The translations under genes and the position numbers were made by a program. A DNA stretch of 64,000 nucleotides from Thermoanaerobaculia bacterium. Lineage in GTDB: Bacteria; Acidobacteriota; Thermoanaerobaculia; Multivoradales; Multivoraceae. The stretch is from the NCBI GenBank assembly GCA_963664405.1, contig OY761158.1:3488001-3552000 (forward strand), in the 5' to 3' direction. The notes below the pieces were generated by a model. The model made no database searches and was not told the origin of the DNA. It saw only the letters and a list, made by a program, of their open reading frames with translations. Position 1 is the stretch's first letter. Each line of letters opens with the position of its first letter. Positions 18,020 through 27,728 of the stretch are shown here, piece after piece.

Positions 18020-18676
18020 CCATGGGTGAGTGAGGTGGCAGAGGTGTCCTCCGCCGAGGCAGCAGAGCGATTCCGCGAGACCTTCCCGCGCCTCACGGAG
18101 GTGGCGAGAGCTTGGGAAGACGAGCTCTTTCCTCGGTCACTCGAGGCCGCACTGGAACCGGACAGGATCGATGAGGCTCAGTTCAGGGAGTGGGTCGAGG
18201 GACTGCGTATCCATCCCGCGGCTCTTATGGTGGATGCTGATCAGGACTGGTTGGATCAGCTGGCCACCGCCGTAGAGGTGTTGCGGGCGGGCGGGCTGAT
18301 CTTGGGGGCGGTATTTCTTGCTGCCGCGGCGCTGACGACAGCTAGCATCCTGCGCCTTGTTGCCCATCTGCATCGCGAAGAGATCGCGATCATGCGCCTG
18401 GTCGGTGCTACCGAGTTCTACATCCGAGGCCCTTTCTACATCGAGGGCCTCCTACAAGGCCTCGGTGGCGCGGTCCTCGCGCTTCTAGGGATCGTCGTCG
18501 GCGTTCGAGCCGTGCCCTCGAGCGAGGACGCTTCTCTTTGGTCCGCGCTCCTCTTCTCCGAGAGCATTCACCTCCAAGAGGTGGCGGTCATTCTTGTCGG
18601 CGGTGCGGTGGTCGGCGTGACGGGCGCGGTTCTCTCGCTGCGCCGCGAAGGCAGCGATTCGGAGGCGGGCGAGTGA
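18020..18676 (+). pseudogene. ftsX: FtsX, 3' part
   Basis: PWVSEV...FPRSLEA...REEIAIMRLVGATEFYIRGPFYIEG; joins in frame with the 5' part to give about 303 aa. Confidence 0.9.
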
Positions 18677-18709
18677 GGCGATTCACATCAGGCGACGGAG
18701 CGGTCGCTT

Positions 18710-19591
18710 CTAATCGGCTTGCACCTTGGCGCTTATGCGACTCACGTTCCTGGCCACGGCAGCAACGATCAGCGTGTAGCCAGTAAACGTGTTCTCCTGA
18801 TTCGGGCCAAGGACGAGTCTGTATTCACGGGCATCGTCCACCACAAACCCATCGGAGTCCTGAAACTCAACCACCGCATCGAAGGTCGCTGGTTGGTCGG
18901 TGAGGTTCCGCAGCGTCAGTTTCCACGCGAACTTTGACCAACTGTCATTCGACTCGGTAACTCGGGTGTCGACGTCGATTATCTCGAAGCGCTTGCTAGC
19001 ACTCTGGCCCCGGTCCCTCGTTGGGGGTGTGTCTTGAATGTGGTCTGAGCTAGCGGCGTCACCAGATGTTCCGCTACCACGCCCCTCGAGCTTCGGCGAC
19101 GCTAGTCCATATTTGGCGCTCAGGTACCGCTGGTTCAGCATCGCCAGAGTTTGCTCCTGCGTAGCCACTGTGCTCTGCGCGAGAGCCCCAGTCAGACGCC
19201 CCGCGTAGCGAGCGGCTTCACGCTGGGCTCCTTCCAGACTCGTTGTCTGGAGTGCTATCTCCTTTTCAAGAGACGCTGCTAGCTCCGGATCCGGCTGCGT
19301 GCCGGGAACCTCAAGCTTTAGGGGTGCACCCGACCGGACTGACTGAATGCGCTGAGCTAGTAGTGCTTCTGTGAGCCTCAGCGTCTCAAGACGTGCTCCC
19401 ACGAGTGCCTTCACCTGGCCGCCCGCGAGCGATACTTCTTTCTCTTCCGCCTTAGCGATCTCTTGACGAAGGATCTCCTGGTCAACCTCGAGAATCTCAA
19501 TCTGCAACTCATCCTTCTGCGCCAGCTGGTAGGCGTCACAGTAGACGGCAGCGGCCAGGAGTACTACTAGGGCCACTAGTGCTTCCCTCAC
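18710..19591 (-). CDS. Secreted hypothetical protein: two internal helical repeats and a C-terminal beta-sandwich (FxLYD-like) domain
   Basis: Signal peptide, GGAGGA RBS; WKLTLRN...VEFQDSDGFVVD. Confidence 0.7.
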   Translation of the reverse strand: MREALVALVVLLAAAVYCDAYQLAQKDELQIEILEVDQEILRQEIAKAEEKEVSLAGGQVKALVGARLETLRLTEALLAQRIQSVRSGAPLKLEVPGTQPDPELAASLEKEIALQTTSLEGAQREAARYAGRLTGALAQSTVATQEQTLAMLNQRYLSAKYGLASPKLEGRGSGTSGDAASSDHIQDTPPTRDRGQSASKRFEIIDVDTRVTESNDSWSKFAWKLTLRNLTDQPATFDAVVEFQDSDGFVVDDAREYRLVLGPNQENTFTGYTLIVAAVARNVSRISAKVQAD

Positions 19592-20081
19592 GATGTCCTC
19601 CTCTGTTGGCCCGCCCGAGTGTCTGCCTCCGCCAGCTGTTTAGCAACAAACGTACGCCTCGCCAGTGGAGGTGTCAAATGTGAGTCTCCGAGAATGATCG
19701 ACCAAAGGCACCCTTGCACACTGCCCTCAGCGGGGCGACGACGCGCAACGTCAGTTCATCCTCGTCGCCGAGCGTCGGCAGTTTTGCCCCAAGGTTTGGG
19801 TTCAGACTGCTTCTGGTTGCAACTCTGCTGACTCGTGCCGCATTGTGTCCAGCCCGAACTCTCGGGGACCCTGCGTGACCCGACCCCTTGCCGGCGACTA
19901 CCGGACCGTGTATCGAGCCCTGCCCCCGTGGAACTCGAGCTTCGACACGTCCGTTACAGGTGCGCGGTGGTGCGTTCTCGTCGACGACGAGACTAAGACC
20001 GCGGCTACGCGCCACCGGAATCGCGCGCGCTTAGTCGCAACTAACAGAACAAGGCGGAGGCAATGAGTTCCGGGAGCCTGG

Positions 20082-21266
20082 CTAGGGTGCTCCCGCGCCG
20101 GGAAGCGCCTTCATCTCCGCCTCGAGAAGCTTCTTCTCTTCCTCCAGCTCCTTGATGAGCGCGTTCTGCGCCTCGATACCCTTGTTCTCGTCGAGGATGT
20201 CGATGTTCTCTTGGATGCGATTGGCCCCGGCAGAGTCGCCGGCCTTAATGTAGGCAGCTTTCGCCTCCGGAAGGTTCTTTTGCTTCTCGTAGACGAAGCC
20301 CAGCTGCGCCCAGACTTTCTTCTCATCGACCTTGGGCTTGCCCAGGGCGCTCTTCAAGGGGTCCACTGCGTGAGCATATTTCTCGTTGGCCGCGTGCGCC
20401 TGGCCTAGGTAAAACAGAGGGAGCCAAGCGCTCGAGTCTTTGCTGGCGGCCTGGTCGAAGGACTTCGCGGCCTGGTCGTACTGCTTGGCGCCGAGCTCGG
20501 CTTCCCCCTGCAACAGGAAGTTGTCGTACTTCCCCTCGAGACTGGTCAGCTTGTGGGCTGCCGCAGCGGCCTCGGAGTAGATCGTGAGCTTGGCTGCCCG
20601 GTCTCGTTCTTCACGGCCCTTCTGGACGAGGGCTCGGGCATAGACTCGGTGCTTTGCCGGATCGTTGGCGTCGAGGGAAGAGGCCTTTCGCAGGGCGGTG
20701 ATGGCGTCCTCGGTGTAATTCGCAGCCAGGGCTTGCTTGCCGTAGTTGAACTGAGCGGTCGCGTCGTTGGGGTTGAGCTTGGCCGCGTTCTCGAGATTCG
20801 TTAGCAGAAGACCGGAATCACCGGTCTCTTTGTAGCAATGCGTCAGCATATTCGAGATGCTGGTCTGGTGGCCTTGCGGCAGGGAACCCGCGTTGATTTT
20901 CGAGAGCACGTCGATGGCGTTCTTGTGGTCGCCGGCTCTGTAGTAGGCCTGGCCCAGAACGAGCTGCGTGCTGACGTCGGGCTTCAACTTGAGCGCGGTC
21001 TTCAGAGGGTCAATCGCCTCTTTGTACTTCTTTTGATAGTACATCGACCGCCCGAGCATGAAGTAAACCTGAGCATATTCCGGCTTGTCCGCCCCCCCAA
21101 GGTCCGCCGCGTTCTGAAGGAAGGCCTGAAACTGATTGGCCGCCTCTTGATAGTTCTTCGCTTCGAAGGCGGCCACTCCCTCGTCCCAATCTGCGAGAGC
21201 AGTGCTGCCAACCGCCGCCGAGAGCAAGAGGCAGGTCAGGATGTTGATAACTTGCCGCATATTCAT
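20082..21266 (-). CDS. Periplasmic multi-TPR protein
   Basis: Signal peptide ending ALA; repeated TPR units (YFMLGRSMY, LVLGQAYY, FYLGQAH, AQLGFVY). Confidence 0.88.
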   Translation of the reverse strand: MNMRQVINILTCLLLSAAVGSTALADWDEGVAAFEAKNYQEAANQFQAFLQNAADLGGADKPEYAQVYFMLGRSMYYQKKYKEAIDPLKTALKLKPDVSTQLVLGQAYYRAGDHKNAIDVLSKINAGSLPQGHQTSISNMLTHCYKETGDSGLLLTNLENAAKLNPNDATAQFNYGKQALAANYTEDAITALRKASSLDANDPAKHRVYARALVQKGREERDRAAKLTIYSEAAAAAHKLTSLEGKYDNFLLQGEAELGAKQYDQAAKSFDQAASKDSSAWLPLFYLGQAHAANEKYAHAVDPLKSALGKPKVDEKKVWAQLGFVYEKQKNLPEAKAAYIKAGDSAGANRIQENIDILDENKGIEAQNALIKELEEEKKLLEAEMKALPGAGAP

Positions 21267-21528
21267 GTCCCTTCCCATTCGGCTCAGACGGGAACTGCCA
21301 TCGCTGCGTCTGTGAACTCTGCTCGACTCAAAGGTCCCGCCGTCTCGGTGACGCGGGTACTTGCCGCGTAACCTAGAGATCTTAGCTCAATCTGGATGAG
21401 CCCGCCCCGTGATCGAAGCCACGAGGTTCCGGCAACTGTCGAAGAGCCTCGCTCCCGAGGTGCCGGCAGTTTGTAAAACAGGTACCCTGCCGCCCGATAT
21501 TCCGCAGCGAAACTTCAGGGATCATCGG

Positions 21529-22242
21529 CTACTGCAGCTGGAAGTTCACCGTCAAATTGAAGTACACGGCAACGGGCTTGCCGTTGAGTGTCGCCGGAGT
21601 GAACTTCCACTTCTCGACCGCCGAGACGGCTGCCTCGGTGAGACCCATCGGAAGGCCCTTGAGGGTTTTGACGTCGGTAATGTTGCCTTCCTTGTCGATG
21701 ATCGTCTGAAGGATCACGACACCCTGAATTCTCGCCTTGCGGGCGATCTCTGTGTATTGCGGCTGTACGTCGGAGATCTTCACCGGCTTCTGCACGTCGC
21801 CGGTGACGAAAAGGGGTCCGGAGGGCTCTGGCGCCGGTGGCGCGTCGGGCATGGCGATGACCAGATCGTCGACATCCGGAATGTCGAGCTCCTCCTCGTG
21901 TTGAATCTCACGGATCGGCTCGGGCTCGTCCGGAGTCGGATCAGGGATCGGCACCTTCTTCGCCTTCGGTTTGGGGATCTGCTGCTCCTGCTTCGGTGGC
22001 GGTGGCTTGAAGCGGACCTGCTGGATCACATAGATCTTCGGCTTCTTCTTCTCCGTGGTCAGGTCCGTGGCCATCGTGGGGAAGTTGATGACGAGCAGAA
22101 TGACGTGAAAGACGATGGCGATGCCATAGGCCCACCGGAGGGTCTTGTTGTCCTCTTCGGTCTCCAAGGCGAAGGTCGTGAACTCGTTGACATCCTCAAT
22201 CTCTGTACTTTTCGGGGCCGGACTAGCCTTTTCCTTAGTCAT
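21529..22242 (-). CDS. tonB: Energy transducer TonB
   Basis: TM helix with His, Pro/Lys/Glu-rich spacer, PQYTEIARKARIQGVV...WKFTPA..NGKPV. Confidence 0.92.
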   Translation of the reverse strand: MTKEKASPAPKSTEIEDVNEFTTFALETEEDNKTLRWAYGIAIVFHVILLVINFPTMATDLTTEKKKPKIYVIQQVRFKPPPPKQEQQIPKPKAKKVPIPDPTPDEPEPIREIQHEEELDIPDVDDLVIAMPDAPPAPEPSGPLFVTGDVQKPVKISDVQPQYTEIARKARIQGVVILQTIIDKEGNITDVKTLKGLPMGLTEAAVSAVEKWKFTPATLNGKPVAVYFNLTVNFQLQ

Positions 22243-22250
22243 GGAAACTC

Positions 22251-22688
22251 CTAAAACCAGAGAGCGTCTATCTCGCGCTGAGTCGGCAACGAGATCCGGA
22301 CCTCTTCCTTCAGACCCTTTTCTTTACCTTGCCGAAGCTCATCCATTACGTCCACCATCGCTCCATAGGGAGCCGCGGGATCGGGCCGAATGATAACGGG
22401 CTTCGCCGGGTTCCGGTCGAGCTTGGGCTTGAGATAGTCGATCAGCGCGTCGAGCTCCATTGGCTTTTGATCGACCACCAGGTCGCCGCGTGGCTGAATC
22501 TCGATGAGGACAGAGTCCTCTTTCTCGATCATTGGCGGGTTGTCGTCGTCTTTGGGGGGAGCGAAGTCCAGACCGCGGGTCGCCGTGAACGTCGTTGTCA
22601 CCATGAAATAGATGATCAGCAAGAAGGCGATGTCCGCCATCGAGGCGGTAGGGATCTCGTCGTCGACGTCGCGCCGTTTCATCTTCAT
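22251..22688 (-). CDS. exbD: ExbD/TolR family protein
   Basis: IPTASMADIAFLLIIYFMVTT; PYGAMVDVMDEL. Confidence 0.9.
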   Translation of the reverse strand: MKMKRRDVDDEIPTASMADIAFLLIIYFMVTTTFTATRGLDFAPPKDDDNPPMIEKEDSVLIEIQPRGDLVVDQKPMELDALIDYLKPKLDRNPAKPVIIRPDPAAPYGAMVDVMDELRQGKEKGLKEEVRISLPTQREIDALWF

Positions 22689-22692
22689 TTGC

Positions 22693-23133
22693 TTAGCCTC
22701 CGCCTATCGCCGCATCGACGGTCTCTTGATCAGAGAGTAGGTAGATCATCTCTGCCTTTGCTCGCTTCAGCGCATCGATGACTTCGTCGACATGACGGTA
22801 GTCCGTGTCGTGATCGGCCTTGAGCACGAAAGCCTTGCCGGGCTCCATCGCGACCACACCGGCGGCGAAAGACAGTACGTCCTCGACTCCGGGGACCAGA
22901 GCACTCATCTCTTCGCCGTCAGACACCCGAAGTCGGCCCTCTTTGTCGACGGAGACATAGGCTGCCTTCTTGGGTATTTCCGTGCGCAGCTCAGTTTTCG
23001 GCAGCGTTAGTTGGGTCTTGTCGACCTCGAAGCTGATCGTGAGCATGAAAAAGATGATCAAGAGGAAGGCAATGTCCGCCATCGACGCTGTCGGGATCGT
23101 CGGCTGGCTTCTCAATCGCGCCTGAAGTCTCAT
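22693..23133 (-). CDS. exbD: ExbD/TolR family protein (second copy)
   Basis: IPTASMADIAFLLIIFFMLT; LKADHDTDYRHVDEVIDALKRA. Confidence 0.9.
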   Translation of the reverse strand: MRLQARLRSQPTIPTASMADIAFLLIIFFMLTISFEVDKTQLTLPKTELRTEIPKKAAYVSVDKEGRLRVSDGEEMSALVPGVEDVLSFAAGVVAMEPGKAFVLKADHDTDYRHVDEVIDALKRAKAEMIYLLSDQETVDAAIGGG

Positions 23134-23181
23134 CGTCTGATTCCTCTCTTGTTCACTGCCTAGCTTCGCCGAGCCTTAACC

Positions 23182-23874
23182 TCACGCTCCATCTCTAGCA
23201 GCTTGCGAGTCGCTGGCCGGTCCGGAATCTGGAGTGATGCCGCTGCGTTCCATTTCTCCAAAGGTCTCGAGCAACATATTAGTCGAGGTCTCGATGTCAC
23301 GGACGAATTTGTTGATGCGGCTCATGAAGTAGTTGTAGACGAGCTGTGTCGGGATCGCCACGCCGAGACCGGCAGCGGTAGTTGTCAGGGCCTCTTTGAT
23401 GCCGATCGCGACGAGCCCCGGGTTTGAAAGACCGGCCTCGGCAAGCGCGTCGAAGGACTTCATCATGCCTGTTACCGTGCCGAAGAAGCCGAGGAGGGGG
23501 GCTACGTTGGCTACGGTAGCCAGCACGACGAGGAAGCGCTCGAGGCGACCCATCTCGAAGAGGGCGGCGTTCTCGATCGTCTTTTCAACGTCTTCTTTTG
23601 GCTGGCCGTACTTCAACAGGCCTGCCTTCATGATCGACGCCACGGGACCGCGATACTCCTCGCAGATCTTGATCGCGTTTCTGATCGAGCGATCCACGAC
23701 CAGGGCCTTACGCACCTTAGCGAGGAACTCGTTGACGTTGATCTTGGCTCTTCGAAGAGAGATAAATCGCTCGATGGACACGGCCACCGCGATTACCGAG
23801 AAGATCAGGAGGATCCACATTACGACCCCTCCTTGTTGCATCAGGCCCCAGAAATTTCCACCAATGTCCACCAT
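23182..23874 (-). CDS. exbB: MotA/TolQ/ExbB proton channel
   Basis: LATVANVAPLLGFFGTVTGMMKSF...GIKEALTTTAAGLGVAIP. Confidence 0.92.
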   Translation of the reverse strand: MVDIGGNFWGLMQQGGVVMWILLIFSVIAVAVSIERFISLRRAKINVNEFLAKVRKALVVDRSIRNAIKICEEYRGPVASIMKAGLLKYGQPKEDVEKTIENAALFEMGRLERFLVVLATVANVAPLLGFFGTVTGMMKSFDALAEAGLSNPGLVAIGIKEALTTTAAGLGVAIPTQLVYNYFMSRINKFVRDIETSTNMLLETFGEMERSGITPDSGPASDSQAARDGA

Positions 23875-24022
23875 GACCTCCTCTATCCAGATTAGATTCG
23901 TCTGATGCGAATCCAGTTCCCAATAATTTCAACTACCGTTTGAGGCAAATCCCAGACATAGCGCCAGCTTGCCTCAGATTGACTTCGAACCAAAATCGAT
24001 CCCGTTGGGCAATGAGGCGGGC

Positions 24023-24052
24023 ATGCTAGCACAGCGCAAAAATCACGGTCAA
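24023..24052 (-). promoter_or_regulatory. Sigma70-type promoter of the exbB operon
   Basis: Minus strand TTGACC-N18-TAGCAT with extended -10 TGn. Confidence 0.5.
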
Positions 24053-24081
24053 CAGACGAAGAGCCCGTGCTCGTCGGTGAA

Positions 24082-24585
24082 TCAGGGCTTCCCGTGACTC
24101 TTCACCAGATGGTCCATACGGTAGCGTCTCGCGCAGCACATCGCGATCGCGAGAGCATCGACCGCATCCTCCGAACGATCCTCCTTGGGTGGGCCGAGAA
24201 ACATCTGAACCATCCGAGCTACCTGCGCCTTGTCTGCCCGTCCGTTGCCCGCGATGGCAGCCTTCACCTCTGCCGGACTGTACTCGCAGATCTCGACCTG
24301 CCGCATCGCCAGCGTCGCCAGGATCGCTCCACGCGCCTGGCACAGAACGATGAGTGACTTGGGGTTGAGGCCGAAGAAAGCCTGCTCCACCGCGACCACT
24401 TCCGGGCTCCAGGCCGTAAGCAGTGCCTCGAGCTCGCCGACCAAGTGGGCGAGACGCTGCGGAAGATCCTGCTTGATCGGTAGGCTGACGCGCCCGTCGG
24501 CGAGAACCTCTTGTTGACCGCCCCGCCAGCGCAGGACGCCCCAGCCGGTGTGCCTGCTGCCTGGATCGATGCCGAGGATTACCAA
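24082..24585 (-). CDS. ruvC: Holliday junction resolvase RuvC
   Basis: ILGIDPGSRHTGWG, AVEQAF, YSPAEVK..G.GRADKAQV, DAVDALAIA. Confidence 0.95.
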   Translation of the reverse strand: MVILGIDPGSRHTGWGVLRWRGGQQEVLADGRVSLPIKQDLPQRLAHLVGELEALLTAWSPEVVAVEQAFFGLNPKSLIVLCQARGAILATLAMRQVEICEYSPAEVKAAIAGNGRADKAQVARMVQMFLGPPKEDRSEDAVDALAIAMCCARRYRMDHLVKSHGKP

Positions 24586-24597
24586 CAGCCGCGAGCC

Positions 24598-25353
24598 TCA
24601 CGACTCGGCGCTTACCTGCGCCAAGACACTCGGGTCTATGTCGAAGTTGGCCCACACGTTCTGGACGTCGTCTTGCTCTTCGAGTGCTTCGAGAAGATTC
24701 AGCACCGCGCGCAGACCCGACTGTTCCAACTCGACAACGCTCTGAGGGATCATCGATAGCTCTTTGAGCACCTGCGGCAAGTCGCGCTCCTCGAGCTGGA
24801 GACGTACTCGCTCAAAGTCCTCCAGCGAGGTGAAAATCTCGTATTGGCCGCCTTCGACGTTGAAGTCCTCGACGTCCAGCTCGAGTGCGAGCTCCATGAA
24901 AGCCTCTTCTTCAATCGCATCCGACTCGAGAACGAAGTACCCTCGCCGCTGAAACATCCAATTCACGCAGCCAGCCTCTCCCAGGCTCCCACCGTAGCGT
25001 GAGAAGATGTGTCTGATCTCTCCAGCGGTTCGGTTGCGATTGTCGGTCGCGGCTTCGACCAAGACCGCGACACCGCCGGAGGCGTAGCCTTCGTAGGAGA
25101 CGAGCTCCATGACCGAGCCCTCGAGCTCCCCGGTGCCCTTCTTGATCGCGCGCTCGAGGTTCTCCGAGGGTACGTTATTCGCTTTGGCGTCCTGGATGGC
25201 TGCACGCAGGCGGGGGTTGCCGCCGGGGTCGCCACCGCCGAGGCGTGCAGAGATCGTGACCTCTCGGAGTAGCTTGGTGAAGAGCTTCCCCCGCTTGGCA
25301 TCGGTAGCTGCTTTCTTGTGCTTGATCGTGCTCCACTTACTGTGACCGGACAT
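24598..25353 (-). CDS. yebC: YebC/PmpR family protein
   Basis: MSGHSKWSTIKHKKAATDAKRGK; DDVQNVWAN; adjacent to ruvC. Confidence 0.96.
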   Translation of the reverse strand: MSGHSKWSTIKHKKAATDAKRGKLFTKLLREVTISARLGGGDPGGNPRLRAAIQDAKANNVPSENLERAIKKGTGELEGSVMELVSYEGYASGGVAVLVEAATDNRNRTAGEIRHIFSRYGGSLGEAGCVNWMFQRRGYFVLESDAIEEEAFMELALELDVEDFNVEGGQYEIFTSLEDFERVRLQLEERDLPQVLKELSMIPQSVVELEQSGLRAVLNLLEALEEQDDVQNVWANFDIDPSVLAQVSAES

Positions 25354-25465
25354 ACTCTCGGAGTCTATACGAGGAGATCGGTCGACAGCCGCCTTGTGTC
25401 GCAACCGTTGGCTCGAATAAGCTGGCGGTTCGCTGTCGCGGCCCCTGCACGCCTGCGTTTTGCTC

Positions 25466-26314
25466 ATGTCCTGGTTCCGACGCAAGAAAGGCCCCCGCCG
25501 CCGTTCCTCAGAGACGGCTCGCAGACAGGTGCCCGAGGGCCTTTGGGTCAAGTGCGAGTCCTGCAAAGAGATCGTCTACTCGCGAGACCTCGATCAGGCG
25601 AAAGGAGTGTGTCCGAAGTGCGGGTTTCACTTTCGTGTCGACGCGCCGACTCGGATCCAGCTGCTCCTAGACGAAGATCCCGGCCCCGACCTCTTCGCTG
25701 GCGTCCTTCCCGCCGACCCGCTAGGTTGGACAGACACTCGCCCCTATCAAGAGCGGCTCCGTTCTCATCAGGAGCGCTTCGGTGTCGAAGAGGCGGTGGT
25801 GGTTGTAGAGGGCAGACTCGAGGGGCAGCGATTGATCCTGGCGGTGATGGACTTTCGCTTCATGGGCGGCTCGATGGGTTCCGTCGTCGGCGAGAAGATC
25901 ACCCGTGGGGTCGAGCTCGCCCTCAAGCGTCACCTTCCTCTGATCGTCGTTTCAGCGTCTGGCGGTGCCCGCATGCAGGAGGGCGTTCTCTCGCTCATGC
26001 AGATGGCAAAGATCTCGGCCGCGCTGCGTCGCTATCGTGACGCCGGGCTCCCCTACCTCTCGGTGCTGACCGACCCCACCACCGCGGGCGTTATGGCCTC
26101 GTTTGCCATGCTCGGCGATCTCAATATCGCGGAGCCCGGCGCACTCATCGGCTTCACCGGCCAGCGGGTGATCGAGCAAACCATCGGTGAGAAGCTGCCT
26201 GAAGGGTTTCAGCGCAGTGAGTTCCTCTTGGAGAAGGGCTTTCTCGACCTAGTTGTGCACCGTGGGCAGCTCAAGTCGACACTGGGCCGCTGCCTTCGCC
26301 ACTTGACGACGTAG
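25466..26314 (+). CDS. accD: Acetyl-CoA carboxylase carboxyltransferase beta subunit
   Basis: GLWVKCESC...CPKC zinc ribbon, FMGGSMGSVVGEKI, SGGARMQEG. Confidence 0.95.
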   Translation: MSWFRRKKGPRRRSSETARRQVPEGLWVKCESCKEIVYSRDLDQAKGVCPKCGFHFRVDAPTRIQLLLDEDPGPDLFAGVLPADPLGWTDTRPYQERLRSHQERFGVEEAVVVVEGRLEGQRLILAVMDFRFMGGSMGSVVGEKITRGVELALKRHLPLIVVSASGGARMQEGVLSLMQMAKISAALRRYRDAGLPYLSVLTDPTTAGVMASFAMLGDLNIAEPGALIGFTGQRVIEQTIGEKLPEGFQRSEFLLEKGFLDLVVHRGQLKSTLGRCLRHLTT

Positions 26315-26316
26315 GC

Positions 26317-27711
26317 TTGTTGGCTGGAGACGCGGTGCTGAGCGCTCCCAACAGTCAGTCGCCGGAGGCGATCCTCGCCGAGCTCGAAGTGTTCGGTGTG
26401 CGGCTCGGTCTCGACTCGACGCTTCGGCTACTCAAGGGTGTCGGCGATCCGCAGACAAAGTATCCGGTCGTGCTCGTCGCCGGCACCAACGGCAAAGGCT
26501 CTACCTCGGCTCTGCTTGCATCGATCCTCTCTGCGGCCGGTTACGACGTTGGTCTATTCACCTCTCCGCATCTGGAGAGTGTCGAGGAGCGGATTCGGGT
26601 CGCTGGTCGATGCATCTCTCGGAAAGACCTTGGTAGAGAGCTGGCGACGGTTGTCGCAACGGGCCACCGGATTCTCGGTCACCCTCCGACCTACTTCGAA
26701 GCGCTCACAGTGGCGGCGTACGCCTACTTCGAGCGCTCGGGTGTTGACGTCGCGGTGATGGAAGTCGGTCTCGGAGGTCGACTCGACGCGACCAACGCCG
26801 CCGAGCCGATTCTGTCGCTCGTCACTTCGATCTCACTCGACCATATGCATGTTCTGGGCGAGAACGTCGACTTGATCGCCCGAGAGAAGGCTGGCATCTT
26901 ACGGGCCGGCGTCCCGTCGTTGAGCTGGGTCGAGGACGCCGAGGCCATGAATGCGCTCCAAGAAGAAGCCGGTAGGCGGGGTGCGCAGCTGGTCGATGCT
27001 CGTGTCGGCACGGTGTGGAACGAGATCGGCTCGTACACCGACGGCCGTCATTGGGAGCTCTCGACCGTCGAGGCCAGATACCGATTTGCTCCGCTGCTTC
27101 GGGGCGACTACCAGGCTCGCAATATCGGGTTGGCGGTTCGCGCCGGCGAGACTCTCCAGCGCCGCGGCTGGGCGATAGGGATCGAGGCGATCGAGAGCGG
27201 AGTGCGCGACTGCCTCTGGCCGGGGCGATGCGAGCTCATAACTCTACCGAGCGGGCACCAGGTGCTCCTAGAGGCCGCCCATAACGAAGAGGGGATCACT
27301 CTTCTCCGCCGGCTGATCCAGCGAATGTGGACACCAGAGAAGAGCTCGGGGGCTCCCGGAACCAGTAATTGGACCGTGATTTTCGGGGCGCTCGATGACA
27401 AGCCCTCTGAAGAGATGCTTCGGACGGTCGCCGAGGGTGCCGGTCGCGTGATCCTGACGGCTCCCAAGACACCTCGCGCAACCGACCCGGCGGCGCTGGC
27501 GCCTCTCCTCGAAGCGGGACGCGGAGTTGTTGCCGCCGATACAGGTGCGGCTCTCGACCTCGCGCTCGAAGAGGAGAGCCTTGGAATCGTGGTCTGCGGC
27601 TCGATCTATTTGGTCGGCGAGATGCGCGAGGAGCTTCGGCGCCGCTATGGCCATCCCCCTCCCGCGACCGAAGCACTGACGCTCGAGCGCGGCCGCCGAC
27701 CGAGGTTGTAG
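26317..27711 (+). CDS. folC: Folylpolyglutamate/dihydrofolate synthase
   Basis: VAGTNGKGS, FTSPHL, EVGLGGRLDATN, EKAGI, WPGR, AHN; follows accD. Confidence 0.95.
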   Translation: MLAGDAVLSAPNSQSPEAILAELEVFGVRLGLDSTLRLLKGVGDPQTKYPVVLVAGTNGKGSTSALLASILSAAGYDVGLFTSPHLESVEERIRVAGRCISRKDLGRELATVVATGHRILGHPPTYFEALTVAAYAYFERSGVDVAVMEVGLGGRLDATNAAEPILSLVTSISLDHMHVLGENVDLIAREKAGILRAGVPSLSWVEDAEAMNALQEEAGRRGAQLVDARVGTVWNEIGSYTDGRHWELSTVEARYRFAPLLRGDYQARNIGLAVRAGETLQRRGWAIGIEAIESGVRDCLWPGRCELITLPSGHQVLLEAAHNEEGITLLRRLIQRMWTPEKSSGAPGTSNWTVIFGALDDKPSEEMLRTVAEGAGRVILTAPKTPRATDPAALAPLLEAGRGVVAADTGAALDLALEEESLGIVVCGSIYLVGEMREELRRRYGHPPPATEALTLERGRRPRL

Positions 27712-27728
27712 GAGATCAGCGCCGGCTA

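Noticed and set aside
17390-18676. 428-aa ORF as a genuine long FtsX variant
   Set aside because: Its first 210 codons are the antisense strand of the IS21 left end; only 18020 onward is FtsX.
18677-18710. Integron attC site after the orphan gene
   Set aside because: No RYYYAAC...GTTRRRY pair with complementary arms, and no integrase in the window.
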